A DNA stretch of 64,000 bases from Microgenomates group bacterium Gr01-1014_5 (GCA_007376395.1 VMGE01000007.1:8037-72036); one strand, 5' to 3'. Counted from the stretch's first letter, positions 1 to 9,309 are shown. The notes: generated by a model not told the origin, from the letters alone. Program-made: numbers and translations.

Positions 1-445
1 GGTAAACGTGACACGATAATAAAGTTCTTTCCGGGGAAAAAAATTCAAATCGAGGGAAAAAATCCTGTTAATTACGAAGAGTTTCTACAGGCTTATCCTG
101 ATTTCCCCTTGAAAGTTGGGTAACAACCATTTGTACTAATCTTGGATTTTCATTATTTATTCTTTTGAGATATGCTCGCTCTTCCGGAGTAGTTTCACCG
201 TTTTTAAAGTGTCCTAGTGCCCTTTCTATCTGAAAAACAACTCTTTCAAAGACCTCTTGCTCTCCCCCGGATTGCCTCCTTTCTGACCTTAACACTTTTT
301 TACTAACACCAAATATTCGTCTCTCCCCATCGGATATCCTGTGTGTTGTGGCTTGATTTGAGGAATGCTTAGGCCAAAAGCTTCCTTGCATTATCTGACG
401 GTAAGTCTCTGCCTTGCTTGACATAAAATGTTATTAGTACCAGAA

Positions 446-673
446 TTATATCTGGCTGACAGATGAAGCTTGAACTGAAATAATAGGTTTTTCACTTTTT
501 CTTAAAGCACGAAGACAATTAGAACAAAACTTAGCACGAACCTTTTTGCCTTTGACGCTAATCCAGTGGACATGTAAATTTGCCATAAATTTGCGGTGTG
601 TTCTAATTTTGGAATGCGAAACACGATTCCCTCGTTGGGCGCGTTTTTTGCAGTTGTGACAAACTAATGCCAT
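446..673 (-). CDS. rpmB: 50S ribosomal protein L28
   Basis: 75-aa basic protein with the L28 pattern GNRVSHS...RKF.ANLH and a CxxC...CxxC zinc-ribbon variant; typical L28 size. Confidence 0.7.
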   Translation of the reverse strand: MALVCHNCKKRAQRGNRVSHSKIRTHRKFMANLHVHWISVKGKKVRAKFCSNCLRALRKSEKPIISVQASSVSQI

Positions 674-695
674 TTCGGGTATAATTTTAACATAT

Positions 696-1373
696 ATGTT
701 CGATCTTAGCCAGCCGGCGTTTCTTTTCCAAATTATTGCATTTTTACTTGCTCTAACCTTCCACGAGTTTGCACACGCTCTTGCGGCAGACCGCTTAGGC
801 GACCCAACTCCACGGGTTCAGGGAAGATTAACCCTTAATCCAATTGCCCACATTGATCTTTTTGGAACGATTCTTCTACCGCTCTTTTTGCTTTTAACTC
901 GCGCACCGATTCTTTTTGGTTGGGCAAAGCCAGTAATGTTTGACCCTTATAATTTGGCAAATCCCAGACGGGACGCGGCCATAATCTCTTTTGCCGGACC
1001 TCTGGCCAACTTAATATTAGCCGCCGTGTCTGCTATTCTTTTGAACACTACTTTATTCTACGGCCTTGGTCAATTCCAGGAAGTTGGAGGCGGATTGCTT
1101 TCTGAATTCTTATACCAGTTTGTAATTCTTAATGTTGTTTTGGCAATCTTTAATCTTGTTCCGATTCACCCTCTTGACGGCGGAAAAATCCTGGTTGGGC
1201 TTTTGCCTGAAGATGTCGCGGATCAATGGGACAGGATTTTACGTCAATATGGGACTTTTATCCTCCTTTTTCTAATTTTTCCTATTTTTGGCGGACAAGC
1301 CATCGTCTGGAGTATAATTGGGCCGACAATTAGCTTCATTTTAGGCATGCTTCTGCCTGGCGGCTTAATTTAA
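696..1373 (+). CDS. site-2 protease family (peptidase M50) membrane zinc metalloprotease
   Basis: HEFAH (HExxH) motif inside a TM helix near the N-terminus. Multiple hydrophobic helices. NLVPIHPLDGGKIL (LDG) motif typical of S2P/SpoIVFB-like proteases. Confidence 0.75.
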   Translation: MFDLSQPAFLFQIIAFLLALTFHEFAHALAADRLGDPTPRVQGRLTLNPIAHIDLFGTILLPLFLLLTRAPILFGWAKPVMFDPYNLANPRRDAAIISFAGPLANLILAAVSAILLNTTLFYGLGQFQEVGGGLLSEFLYQFVILNVVLAIFNLVPIHPLDGGKILVGLLPEDVADQWDRILRQYGTFILLFLIFPIFGGQAIVWSIIGPTISFILGMLLPGGLI

Positions 1374-1564
1374 CCCCGATCACGTCAAGGTTGACCCTTT
1401 TCACACTTGCTCCTGTGAGGTAGAATATAAATGCCCTACCGATAGGATCAAAATCCGGAAAATTTTTCCTTACTAAGATTTTTCTCGGGAGGATAAGTTC
1501 TTTAAGCCCGTGGGTTTAGAGACAGTCCACCCACTTTAATGTGAGCGGGGAAAATCTTTCCGGA

Positions 1565-1587
1565 ACCCTTTAGGTAGGGTTTTTTTA
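1565..1587 (+). terminator. putative intrinsic terminator after the S2P gene
   Basis: ACCCT(ttaggt)AGGGT hairpin followed by a run of 7 T; the stem is short and GC-poor. Confidence 0.35.
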
Positions 1588-1597
1588 TCTTACCAGC

Positions 1598-1626
1598 TTC
1601 AAATTACCTTCAATTCTTGGTATAAT
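1598..1626 (+). promoter_or_regulatory. candidate sigma70-type promoter for the tRNA operon (TTCAAA-17-TGgTATAAT)
   Basis: Extended -10 TGgTATAAT at 1618-1626, 13 nt upstream of the tRNA-Thr 5' end. Weak -35 TTCAAA with a 17-nt spacer. Confidence 0.45.
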
Positions 1627-1639
1627 ACAAATACGGGAA

Positions 1640-1710
1640 GCCCCCTTAGCTTAACGGCAGAGCAGTGGTTTTGTAAACCTCAGACATCAGTTCAATTCTG
1701 ATAGGGGGCT
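1640..1710 (+). tRNA. tRNA-Thr (anticodon UGU)
   Basis: Manual cloverleaf: acceptor GCCCCCT/AGGGGGC, D-arm GCTT/GAGC, anticodon loop TTTGTAA, T-arm ATCAG-TTCAATT-CTGAT. One T-T mismatch in the anticodon stem. CCA not encoded. Confidence 0.7.
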
Positions 1711-1747
1711 CCGAGCTTAGCTCGGATTCAGTCACGCTTAGCGTGAC
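1711..1747 (+). other. two short perfect hairpins in the tRNA spacer (CCGAGC-TTA-GCTCGG and GTCACGC-TTA-GCGTGAC)
   Basis: Two adjacent stem-loops share the GCTTAGC centre, lying between tRNA-Thr and tRNA-Tyr. Confidence 0.5.
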
Positions 1748-1752
1748 TCCAG

Positions 1753-1835
1753 GCTGGCGTACCCAAGTGGCCAACGGGGCTTGACTGTAAATCAAGTGGC
1801 AATTGCCTACGAAGGTTCGAACCCTTCCGCCAGCA
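1753..1835 (+). tRNA. tRNA-Tyr (anticodon GUA)
   Basis: Acceptor GCTGGCG/CGCCAGC, 3-bp D-stem CCC/GGG, anticodon loop CTGTAAA, long variable arm with hairpin GGCAATTGCC, T-arm GAAGG-TTCGAAC-CCTTC. Architecture matches bacterial tRNA-Tyr. Confidence 0.85.
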
Positions 1836-1844
1836 CTTTTAAAC

Positions 1845-1916
1845 GCCTAGATGGCTCAGTGGTAGAGCACGTTCTTGGTAAGAACGGGGTCGCGGGTTCG
1901 ATTCCCGCTCTAGGCT
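1845..1916 (+). tRNA. tRNA-Thr (anticodon GGU)
   Basis: Acceptor GCCTAGA/TCTAGGC, D-arm GCTC/GAGC, anticodon stem CGTTC/GAACG with loop TTGGTAA, T-arm GCGGG-TTCGATT-CCCGC. Confidence 0.85.
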
Positions 1917-1940
1917 CAAATTTGCTATAATAAAATACTT

Positions 1941-2186
1941 ATGCCTGCCAAAAATAAAACTCGTATTACAAAAATCCGCTTCTTAAAAAGATTAAGAGAC
2001 TCCCATAATTCTCCTATCCACAAGCTCTTTGCGCTAATTGCTCTCATAGTTGTTTGGTGGGGTATTTGGACAATCCTTGATATTTTCTTCCTCGATAACC
2101 AACGTTTATTAAGTGCAATAATAGCAATAGCGATTGCATTGGTTTTTCTCTTGTTGGACGACTTCCACCTCAAAGAATTGGAATAA
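1941..2186 (+). CDS. hypothetical small membrane protein (2 predicted TM helices)
   Basis: ORF co-oriented with the flanking tRNA and rpmG genes, with hydrophobic segments. It overlaps a less protein-like antisense ORF. Confidence 0.35.
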   Translation: MPAKNKTRITKIRFLKRLRDSHNSPIHKLFALIALIVVWWGIWTILDIFFLDNQRLLSAIIAIAIALVFLLLDDFHLKELE

Positions 2187-2224
2187 ACTTCTCTTTGAAG
2201 CTCGTTTTTGTTATACTACTAAAC

Positions 2225-2398
2225 ATGGCTAAAAAAGGTGCAAGACAATTAATCGGTCTTATTTGTGCTGAGTGTAAATCTCAAAATTATGTTTCCGAAA
2301 AAAACAAGACTAATACCGTCGGAAAATTAGCTTTCTCAAAATATTGCAAAAGGTGCCGCAAGCATACGAAACACAACGAAACACTAAAATTAAAATAG
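2225..2398 (+). CDS. rpmG: 50S ribosomal protein L33
   Basis: MAKKGARQLIGLICAECKSQNYVSEKNKTNTVGKLAFSKYCKRCRKHTKHNE: L33 zinc ribbon (CxxC...CxxC) and NY..TKNK/KHT.H signature. Start taken at the internal Met of the tracked ORF. Confidence 0.8.
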   Translation: MAKKGARQLIGLICAECKSQNYVSEKNKTNTVGKLAFSKYCKRCRKHTKHNETLKLK

Positions 2399-2412
2399 TC
2401 ACTTGTTTTCAC

Positions 2413-2438
2413 TGTACAATATATTAATATATCGTACA
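2413..2438. promoter_or_regulatory. 26-bp palindrome copy 1 (TGTACAATATATTAATATATCGTACA; one mismatch to the perfect form), 2 nt upstream of the ATG at 2441
   Basis: Read directly; the same element recurs at 2857 and 14926. Confidence 0.6.
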
Positions 2439-2440
2439 TC

Positions 2441-2848
2441 ATGCCTCATTTATCAAAACGAAAACTAAATCCACAAGTAGAAATTGAACTCATTGACTCA
2501 CTTGAATATATCCTGTCGCACTCTAAGCCCGACGAATTGAAGAAGATCCTCTCCTCGCTCTTATCCAAGACAGAAAGATTAATGATGGCAAAAAGACTCG
2601 GAGTAGTATTGATGATTCAGGAGCAAGTATCTGCAACAGAAATTGATAATATTCTCAAAGTAACAAGGTCAACAATAGAAAAGATTGAAATGAAGTTGGA
2701 GACAAAGTTGGACGGATTTCTGATCGCTCTTAAAAAACTTGGGCAGAGAAAAACTGAAATTAAACTCAAAACCCTTCTTTTGGGTTTGACAAAATATGCT
2801 GTCGAATCTGCTTTGGGAAAAACCCCGACAAAATTACCAGGAACCTGA
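2441..2848 (+). CDS. TrpR/YerC-like helix-turn-helix DNA-binding protein
   Basis: 135 aa. The segment ERLMMAKRLGVVLMIQEQVSATEIDNILKVTRSTIEKI resembles the Trp-repressor/YerC HTH core. The gene is bracketed by two copies of the 26-bp palindrome. Confidence 0.5.
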   Translation: MPHLSKRKLNPQVEIELIDSLEYILSHSKPDELKKILSSLLSKTERLMMAKRLGVVLMIQEQVSATEIDNILKVTRSTIEKIEMKLETKLDGFLIALKKLGQRKTEIKLKTLLLGLTKYAVESALGKTPTKLPGT

Positions 2849-2856
2849 GCCCGTTG

Positions 2857-2882
2857 TGTACGATATATTAATATATCGTACA
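2857..2882. promoter_or_regulatory. 26-bp perfect palindrome copy 2 (TGTACGATATATTAATATATCGTACA)
   Basis: Perfect dyad; lies 40 nt upstream of tRNA-Trp and directly after the TrpR-like gene. Confidence 0.6.
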
Positions 2883-2922
2883 TTAGAAATTGGGTTCATT
2901 TTCAGGTATAATAGAAGCGTTC

Positions 2923-2993
2923 AGGGATGTCGTTCAGTGGTAGGACACCGGTCTCCAAAACCGGTAACGAGTGTTCGATTCACTCCACCCCTG
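2923..2993 (+). tRNA. tRNA-Trp (anticodon CCA)
   Basis: Acceptor AGGGATG/CACCCCT with one A-C mismatch at 5:68, D-arm GTTC/GGAC, anticodon stem CCGGT/ACCGG with loop CTCCAAA, T-arm GAGTG-TTCGATT-CACTC. A TATAAT box lies at 2907-2912. Confidence 0.8.
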
Positions 2994-4454
2994 CAAGTCC
3001 GAACGCACTTCGGGTTGAAGTAGTATATCGAAGGGCTTTCTGAAGCTAAACTCCAAGTTTTTATCCCTCAAAAGTAGGTTCCAACCGACACTTCTTATCA
3101 AATCTCGTTTTTTCTCATTATTCCCCTTCTCCATAATCTCTCGTGCCTGAAAAGCCGTTTCAAAGAAATTTTCAGCACGTTCCAACCAAGAATCTAAAGT
3201 TCCTTCTCTGTCGTTTGTCTTTTCTTCCAACTCCATTTTTTCTTCTATAAGTTTTTTCTTGTTATCAGCGTATTCTTCTTCTGTGATTCTTTCGTCTAGC
3301 CTCATATTTAGTAAAACTCCCAGTCTCTTGTCAACCTTAGTCTTTTGCTCTTCTAAACGCTTCCTTGTACTAATACTTTCTTCAATTTCTTGACCGTGTT
3401 TTGCTTTTAAAAGCTCTACGCCAAGTTCCCAAACTTCCTTATCAATCGTTATTCGAGACAAATTATTAAATAGCATTCCTTCTAACTCTTGTTCAGTTAC
3501 TCCAGGCTCTTTACAAACTCCCCTTCGCCTGGTGCAACGATAATAAGTGTAGCTTGCGTCTCTATTAGTTCGAGCGTAATGTTTTTCCTTTGTCTCTGCG
3601 GTTATGTAGCACCCACAGGGACACTTTATTAAGCCTTTGTAGGCATGAATCCAACTTTGCTTTCTAGGCACGCCTTTGCCCTTTAAAACAAGCTGAACTT
3701 GGTCAAATAATTCCTTACTTATCAATGGCTCATAACTTCCTTGGTGAAACTCGCCTCCGTGTTGAAATAAACCATAATACAAAGGTCTGGTTAACAATTT
3801 ATACATTGCGCTTTTAGGAATATTTATACCTGTTTTAGTTTTCAAACCCCATTCAACCGATTTTCTACATATCTCTAAAACCGAGGAGTTACCTTTTGCG
3901 TATTCTTCAAACAATCTTTTCACCAAAGAAGCAGTTTCAGGGTTAGGGGCAATATTTCTTGAATTTCCAGCTTTTACGTTTATATATCCCAAAGGTGAAG
4001 CTCCAACATATTCGCCTCTTGCACATTTCTGCCTATTCCCTCTTTTAACATTTGCACTAATTTGTCTTGAAAGGTCGTTTGACATTCCAAAATGCAAATA
4101 AAGCATTACCCTGTTGTCTTCCTGTTTAAATAATTCATAAGGGGTTCTTATTTCTTTTAAGAAGCCGTCATCAATTGCTTGTATAACTCTACCACCGTCT
4201 CTTGCGTTCCTTGCAAGCCTATCAACTTTCCAACACAAAATGCCGTCTGCAAGTTTCTGCTCATACATTACCATTAGCTTTTCAAATATAGGCCTGCCTG
4301 GTTTATATGCGCTCTGCGATTCTTCTAAAATGTCTATTACGCTTAAATTGTTTCTTTGAGCATATTCTTGTAACTCCCTCTTTTGTGCCTCAATTGAGAG
4401 TGCCTGACGGTCTTCACTTTCACTACTCTTGCGACAATAAATTATGTATCTCAT
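2934..4454 (-). CDS. large serine recombinase (resolvase catalytic domain + recombinase domain + zinc ribbon + coiled coil)
   Basis: N-terminus YCRKSSESEDRQALSIEAQ...VDRLARNARD (catalytic Ser). C-terminal CPCGC...YYRC..C zinc ribbon and a Glu/Lys-rich coiled coil. The 3' end (2934-2993) overlaps tRNA-Trp antisense. Confidence 0.85.
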   Translation of the reverse strand: MRYIIYCRKSSESEDRQALSIEAQKRELQEYAQRNNLSVIDILEESQSAYKPGRPIFEKLMVMYEQKLADGILCWKVDRLARNARDGGRVIQAIDDGFLKEIRTPYELFKQEDNRVMLYLHFGMSNDLSRQISANVKRGNRQKCARGEYVGASPLGYINVKAGNSRNIAPNPETASLVKRLFEEYAKGNSSVLEICRKSVEWGLKTKTGINIPKSAMYKLLTRPLYYGLFQHGGEFHQGSYEPLISKELFDQVQLVLKGKGVPRKQSWIHAYKGLIKCPCGCYITAETKEKHYARTNRDASYTYYRCTRRRGVCKEPGVTEQELEGMLFNNLSRITIDKEVWELGVELLKAKHGQEIEESISTRKRLEEQKTKVDKRLGVLLNMRLDERITEEEYADNKKKLIEEKMELEEKTNDREGTLDSWLERAENFFETAFQAREIMEKGNNEKKRDLIRSVGWNLLLRDKNLEFSFRKPFDILLQPEVRSDLQGWSESNTRYRFWRPVSYH

Positions 4455-4612
4455 AAACTAATTGTATTCCTTTTTTACAACAGTCTCCATAAATGCTAGC
4501 AAATTTTGCATTATCTCTTCTGCTTCTTGGTTAGATATCTCTCGACCGTATTTTTTACCAAAAACTAGTTTGGTTTTATTTATCAACGCTGTTTGTTTAT
4601 AAGATGAATTTA

Positions 4613-5101
4613 TCATTCCATGTTTTGGTGTTTGTGAATACCATTGGTACTTCTAAAAGATTTTCTCTTCTTTCGAAACCTGAGATCGTAAGTGAAATAT
4701 GCTGAAGGGTTAGTTCGTATTGCTCCACGTAAGTATTCTTTTTCTGTCTGTAGAAATGCCCAATTTAAAGCTCTTGGCGTATAAGTCTGAGCAATCCATA
4801 ACCAATGCCCATCTTTGCTAGCCCAAGGTTTAAAAAGTTCTTCTAAGAATGCGGAGACTTGGATTGGCGGGGTATCTGATGTACATTGTTTTAATAGGGA
4901 AATAACTTTGGATTTATCCCAACTTAACTCTGAATTAACTCCGTTTTTATAGGCACCATTAACACTTCCATTAACACTAACACTTCCCCATTCCTTCTCT
5001 GATTCTTCTTTTATGTTTTCCCATATCCATTGTTGGTCATCTAAAGATAACGCAGACGATTCGCAAAACCATTGAGGTCTGTTATTATTTTTCGGTTCCA
5101 T
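4613..5101 (-). CDS. hypothetical protein (island cargo)
   Basis: 162-aa ORF downstream of the recombinase on the same strand. No recognisable motif. Confidence 0.4.
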   Translation of the reverse strand: MEPKNNNRPQWFCESSALSLDDQQWIWENIKEESEKEWGSVSVNGSVNGAYKNGVNSELSWDKSKVISLLKQCTSDTPPIQVSAFLEELFKPWASKDGHWLWIAQTYTPRALNWAFLQTEKEYLRGAIRTNPSAYFTYDLRFRKKRKSFRSTNGIHKHQNME

Positions 5102-5286
5102 AAGTTCTGTTTAAAGCTTCCTCTACTAGGCTTTTAAGACTTTTTTTGGAGCTTGCACGAAGCAGTTGAAGCACTTTCCACCACCCGGTATCGATTCGAA
5201 CCTGGAATGACATTTTTTTGTCGACATTCTCTTTGTTCTCATGCATCTTTTTGTTAGTCATTATTATTTTTTAGGCACAAAAAAAC

Positions 5287-5309
5287 CGCCTGCATTTCTT
5301 TGCAGCCGG
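5287..5309 (-). terminator. hairpin flanked by an A/T run (terminator-like for minus-strand transcription)
   Basis: CGCCTGCA-tttctt-TGCAGCCGG, followed by a T-run on the minus strand. No obvious upstream minus-strand gene, so the role is uncertain. Confidence 0.2.
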
Positions 5310-5420
5310 TTCTCGCTTACAAGGCTAAACTCTGACTAACTCGTATTGTAACACAAAGTCGATTTGTCTACAATAAAATAATCGCATGTAGTTTTCAATT
5401 CGGGACTCCAAGGAATATAA

Positions 5421-6248
5421 TTGCTCATGTCCAAGAAAAAGTTATCATCAGAATCTCAAGAAAATAAATTTACCCTTGCTTCTGTATTTAATTCAATTAA
5501 ATACCTGTTTATTTTAATTCTTTTAATCCTTATTGGTTTTGTAAGTTCAGATATAATTAACAAAGAAAAGTCGCAACAAAACCAGTCATCATCGGTGACA
5601 ACAACTGCACCAATAGGTATTGTTTCGCCATCTCTAGAACCTACCTCTCAAATAGACTCCCCCTCAAATAAAATTACAAAAAAGGAAGCCGATCCTATTG
5701 TGAATTGCGGACCAGGATCAACATCGAAACAATATGTTAAAGACAGAAGTAGTAATTGTCCTAATTATGTAGATTGCGGTTTAAATAATAATTCTGTTTA
5801 CACCATGATGCTTAAAACTGAGTGTGCAAAAAAGCATGCTGAAGAAAATTCAGCAAAACAACCTTCTCGCACCGCATCTAATCTTGTTACTTGTGTTGGG
5901 AGTGGTGGAAAAGTTTATAAGTTACCACCTGAATACTGTGATAGAGTTGTTCAACTAAGATTATTGGTGGAACAATCTAAGATTTCTACTCAACAGTCAA
6001 TAGATAATTTAAAAAGGATTGTTGAAGACGGTCAAGCAGCCAACCAGCGCATGCTAGACGAAGTAAAATCTTATCCTACCCCAACTCCTCTACCTAATAA
6101 TTTGTTTGGGGATTGGAAACCCACACCGTTTGAGCCCCCAAAACAGAAATGCTATACAACCTGGGAAGAATACTGTATAGCGCATCCAACTGCCTGTAAT
6201 GCCCCAATATATGGAGATGTTACTTTGGGCTCTCCACCTTGTGATTAA
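5421..6248 (+). CDS. hypothetical membrane-anchored secreted protein, Cys-rich C-terminal half
   Basis: N-terminal TM/signal anchor (YLFILILLILIGFV), a Ser/Thr-rich linker, and many Cys in the C-terminal part. Confidence 0.4.
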   Translation: MLMSKKKLSSESQENKFTLASVFNSIKYLFILILLILIGFVSSDIINKEKSQQNQSSSVTTTAPIGIVSPSLEPTSQIDSPSNKITKKEADPIVNCGPGSTSKQYVKDRSSNCPNYVDCGLNNNSVYTMMLKTECAKKHAEENSAKQPSRTASNLVTCVGSGGKVYKLPPEYCDRVVQLRLLVEQSKISTQQSIDNLKRIVEDGQAANQRMLDEVKSYPTPTPLPNNLFGDWKPTPFEPPKQKCYTTWEEYCIAHPTACNAPIYGDVTLGSPPCD

Positions 6249-6257
6249 ATAAGTTTC

Positions 6258-6536
6258 TTATAATCCCTTTCCGTGAAGGCAATAATCATAATGGATTTTC
6301 ATTTTATCCCTAATGGTCTCACCAACATCACCATCGATAAAACCATCATTAATCACATCCCCTGTTCTGTCAGGATCGGCATCAGCCTTTTGAAAAGATT
6401 CTGAATAGAATTGACCTGTGCTTTTGGTGCAATCCTGTTTAGCCCAAGAAGGTCGAAGTTGAAACCAATAAAACAATCCAGCAACCAGAAACAAAATAAT
6501 TATTAAATACCTATGTTTAATTAGGATTTTCTGCAC
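6258..6536 (-). CDS. hypothetical small membrane-anchored protein
   Basis: 92 aa with an N-terminal hydrophobic helix. Confidence 0.35.
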   Translation of the reverse strand: MQKILIKHRYLIIILFLVAGLFYWFQLRPSWAKQDCTKSTGQFYSESFQKADADPDRTGDVINDGFIDGDVGETIRDKMKIHYDYCLHGKGL

Positions 6537-6555
6537 TGACTAAATTATATAATAT

Positions 6556-6924
6556 TTATACATTTGTTTTACTAATCTTTTCTTCTATTTCATCTAACCT
6601 TTTAACAACATTTGATGCGTCATAAGCATCTAACCAGCACCTTGTTAAAAATCCCATGGAGCTTCCCACAGGCACGGGCACACCTTCAGACCAAACGGCA
6701 TTAATCACTTTACCTAAGAACCTTTTAACATCTTCTGGTGTCTCTAGCTTAATAGTTGATCCGTAGAAGCCCTGTAAAGCTCTATTGCGACCACCTTTAA
6801 TGCTAGCTACCATTTTAGCTTCATTGTTTGCAGGATCATGCCTGAAACAATAATCCTTACCTCTTTGTGTATGGGCTTTGCAAGGGTTACTGTTAGATAG
6901 AGTTTGTTTGCAACTTGTTGGCAT
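6556..6924 (-). CDS. hypothetical protein with N-terminal Cys/His cluster (zinc-finger-like)
   Basis: CKQTLSNSNPCKAHTQRGKDYCFRHDP at the N-terminus. Confidence 0.35.
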   Translation of the reverse strand: MPTSCKQTLSNSNPCKAHTQRGKDYCFRHDPANNEAKMVASIKGGRNRALQGFYGSTIKLETPEDVKRFLGKVINAVWSEGVPVPVGSSMGFLTRCWLDAYDASNVVKRLDEIEEKISKTNV

Positions 6925-6927
6925 GAG

Positions 6928-7239
6928 TTATTTAGTTGACCGCATGCCTAGTATTGGAGGCTGCAACCCTGTTTTTCTAGTAATTTCCAGTAATTCTGGT
7001 ATTTCCTGCTCCTCTAAAATTGGTACACTTGTGCAATTCAAACCAGTCATAAATCTAATTACATTAGATGTCTTACATTCTGCACAAATTCCATGTTGGT
7101 ATTTTTTGCATTTACCCAGTTTATGCTCCTCTGTACACATACAAGGATCTTCACCGCAAAAGCAAAACCACATAACCTCATCCTTATTTATAATGCTAAC
7201 TTTCTTTTCAATATTTCTTAACCTAGTTGATGTATTCAT
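6928..7239 (-). CDS. hypothetical Cys-rich small protein (zinc-ribbon-like)
   Basis: CFCGEDPCMCTEEHKLGKCKKYQHGICAECK cluster; 103 aa. Confidence 0.35.
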   Translation of the reverse strand: MNTSTRLRNIEKKVSIINKDEVMWFCFCGEDPCMCTEEHKLGKCKKYQHGICAECKTSNVIRFMTGLNCTSVPILEEQEIPELLEITRKTGLQPPILGMRSTK

Positions 7240-7379
7240 AACTTAGTTGTAGGGGGTACCCAGATTTCCACCATTTTCCAACAATTTTGAAGCTACAAGT
7301 TTTTGTCTGATAGTTGGCAATTCAGATATTATCTCATAAGCATCAATGTTATAATTTGCCTTTGTCAGTATGAGCAGTT

Positions 7380-8129
7380 TTGTATATGAATTTTGACACA
7401 ACATTAGATTATAATTTCCAAAAATACCCGTGGTTTTCCCCACATCTTGTTGTGATAGCAACTAATAGGCTGGCTAAATTATACGGGAGCAACATTGAAA
7501 ACAAGCGAGAGTTCAAACTTGCCAGAGAAATGTTTATCGGAGCAGTTGCACTATTGGGTGCCTATGAATTACATATCGACAACAAATACATTATGCAGCC
7601 AAATTTACAAAGTGCTTCGCCTGATGTAGTTGCAGTTAAACAAACAGAAGCTCCTCCTTCACCTTTGTTATTAGAGGTAACCCAATTGGAAATAGTAGAT
7701 ATGAACGACTATTCGGATGTTTCAGATGTCGTCGAATTTTTAAAAAAGACAAAACTTTCTAAAAAAAAGAGTTATGACAACAAAACACTAATCGTTTGCG
7801 TGATAAATAAGCGAATACAAATAAATAGATTGAAAATTTCCGAAGAATTAGAGAAAGTTAAGCCTAAATCAACCATCTACGTTTTAGGCAAGATTCGAGG
7901 AGATAATGATAAATGGGCAATCTTTTCCCCATATCCTGACCCAACGAAGTTTGCAATTTACAGCGTCTCAGAAACAATGAAGAAATATAATATACCCACC
8001 CCTTTGAGGTTGCATAAAGGTACAGCAAGGAAAATATCTTACGAAAAAACTCATCCAGAGGTAACCACAATCTACGACATATTTAACCTTAAAGAGTCAG
8101 ACCTGGAAAAATATCGGAGAACCAGCTAG
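7380..8129 (+). CDS. hypothetical protein
   Basis: 249-aa ORF. It overlaps a 72-aa antisense ORF (7243-7461), and the true start may lie downstream. Confidence 0.3.
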   Translation: MYMNFDTTLDYNFQKYPWFSPHLVVIATNRLAKLYGSNIENKREFKLAREMFIGAVALLGAYELHIDNKYIMQPNLQSASPDVVAVKQTEAPPSPLLLEVTQLEIVDMNDYSDVSDVVEFLKKTKLSKKKSYDNKTLIVCVINKRIQINRLKISEELEKVKPKSTIYVLGKIRGDNDKWAIFSPYPDPTKFAIYSVSETMKKYNIPTPLRLHKGTARKISYEKTHPEVTTIYDIFNLKESDLEKYRRTS

Positions 8130-8252
8130 TGAATTTATATAATGTTAACTAGCATAAAACACACTGTTTGCCCGATAATAAGTTCCAACACTGTATACTA
8201 AGGCCTGCTAACGTAGTTAATGTACTCTACAAGTCCATGGTAAAATTGTTCT

Positions 8253-8861
8253 ATGCCTGAAGTCCCCGATTCTCTTGATTCTGCAGAAATGGCTAGGTCA
8301 TTTGCAGAAAGAATTTTCTCTAAATATCCCAACACGACTGAGTCTCTCAAATGGTTAAAGGAAAATGGGGCAGAATTTATAACCCGGGTTGTAGACTTTA
8401 ACGCTGTTGTCGCCAAATTAAATGAGGTTATTGAAAATCCCAGTTCGGTAAATGAGCAGTATAGGGGTGAGATTGACCAATTGGTTAGTGTTGCGGGTGG
8501 ACATATCCCCATGCTTCAAGAAGCTGAATTTGAAACCAATGAAAAATTTCGTCATTCTCCTGCTCTTAAAGCCTTCTTCCAAGGCAAAAGGGAGTTTGGA
8601 TGGGCTGATGAAGAATACGACCCTAATAGACCTGCCAGATCAGCAATGGGTATATTTCTAGAGGGATACGGGAGATACGTTGGCCTGCGACTAACAAAGG
8701 AGCCTGAACAGGTTGCAAAAATCCAAAAAGCGTTCGTTTATGCATTTGAAGCTGTTCTTTTAGCAGAACATCCAAATTCTGAACTACTTGGAGATATCAG
8801 AGAATGGATCAAGGGAGATGCCGACAAGTTTTCTGAACCCATCCGCCAGTTATTGAAATAG
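8253..8861 (+). CDS. hypothetical protein
   Basis: 202-aa ORF, acidic, no recognised motif. Confidence 0.4.
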   Translation: MPEVPDSLDSAEMARSFAERIFSKYPNTTESLKWLKENGAEFITRVVDFNAVVAKLNEVIENPSSVNEQYRGEIDQLVSVAGGHIPMLQEAEFETNEKFRHSPALKAFFQGKREFGWADEEYDPNRPARSAMGIFLEGYGRYVGLRLTKEPEQVAKIQKAFVYAFEAVLLAEHPNSELLGDIREWIKGDADKFSEPIRQLLK

Positions 8862-8922
8862 ATTCCAACATAGTTTACCAGGACCTGCTTTTCTGCCCTA
8901 TAGTTGACATACCTTCTTTTTA

Positions 8923-9309
8923 ATGTTAGTATTTTCCAATATGCTACGTGCGGAAAGAAATTTTGTTGTTCCTGAAGAGCTTGCAACTAGTGTGTATAGA
9001 GGTATACATACAGGCAGTGGAGTTGGTAGATCGTGGGAGCGCGAACTTAGAGAAGCTCTTAAAGAACATTTAGGTCTTGGACTTACGGCAACTACTTCTC
9101 CCGAATACACAGTAATAGGTGTTCTGCTTATTAGTTACATAACATCTTCAACACATTTAATTGGAATGTTGGAGGGGAGAAATCCTGAAGTTGTTCAGAC
9201 ACAAGTTCGTGAATATCTTCAGTTCAATCCATTAGAGACTCCCCAAGAAACAGTTGAAAGATTGTTAAATATTGCTATAGATAATAGTCAGAGGATTAAT
9301 TCTCGTTAA
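8923..9309 (+). CDS. hypothetical protein
   Basis: 128-aa ORF. Confidence 0.35.
   Translation: MLVFSNMLRAERNFVVPEELATSVYRGIHTGSGVGRSWERELREALKEHLGLGLTATTSPEYTVIGVLLISYITSSTHLIGMLEGRNPEVVQTQVREYLQFNPLETPQETVERLLNIAIDNSQRINSR

Noticed and set aside
2796-3023. ORFs overlapping tRNA genes (2796-3023 over tRNA-Trp; 32009-32203 and 32019-32228 over tRNA-Arg/Pro; 2617-2883 antisense to the TrpR-like gene)
   Set aside because: Clear cloverleaf tRNAs occupy these positions, or a better co-directional gene with recognisable motifs exists.
5141-5220. Possible tRNA fragment/att remnant (TTCGAATCGATACC-like T-arm) in the recombinase upstream region
   Set aside because: The stems do not close into a tRNA arm and there is no match to the tRNA-Trp 3' end; it is most likely coincidental.
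7243-7461. 72-aa minus-strand ORF overlapping the 5' end of 7380-8129
   Set aside because: Cannot decide between this and a later start for the +strand gene from sequence alone; neither has diagnostic motifs, so only the longer ORF is listed, with low confidence.
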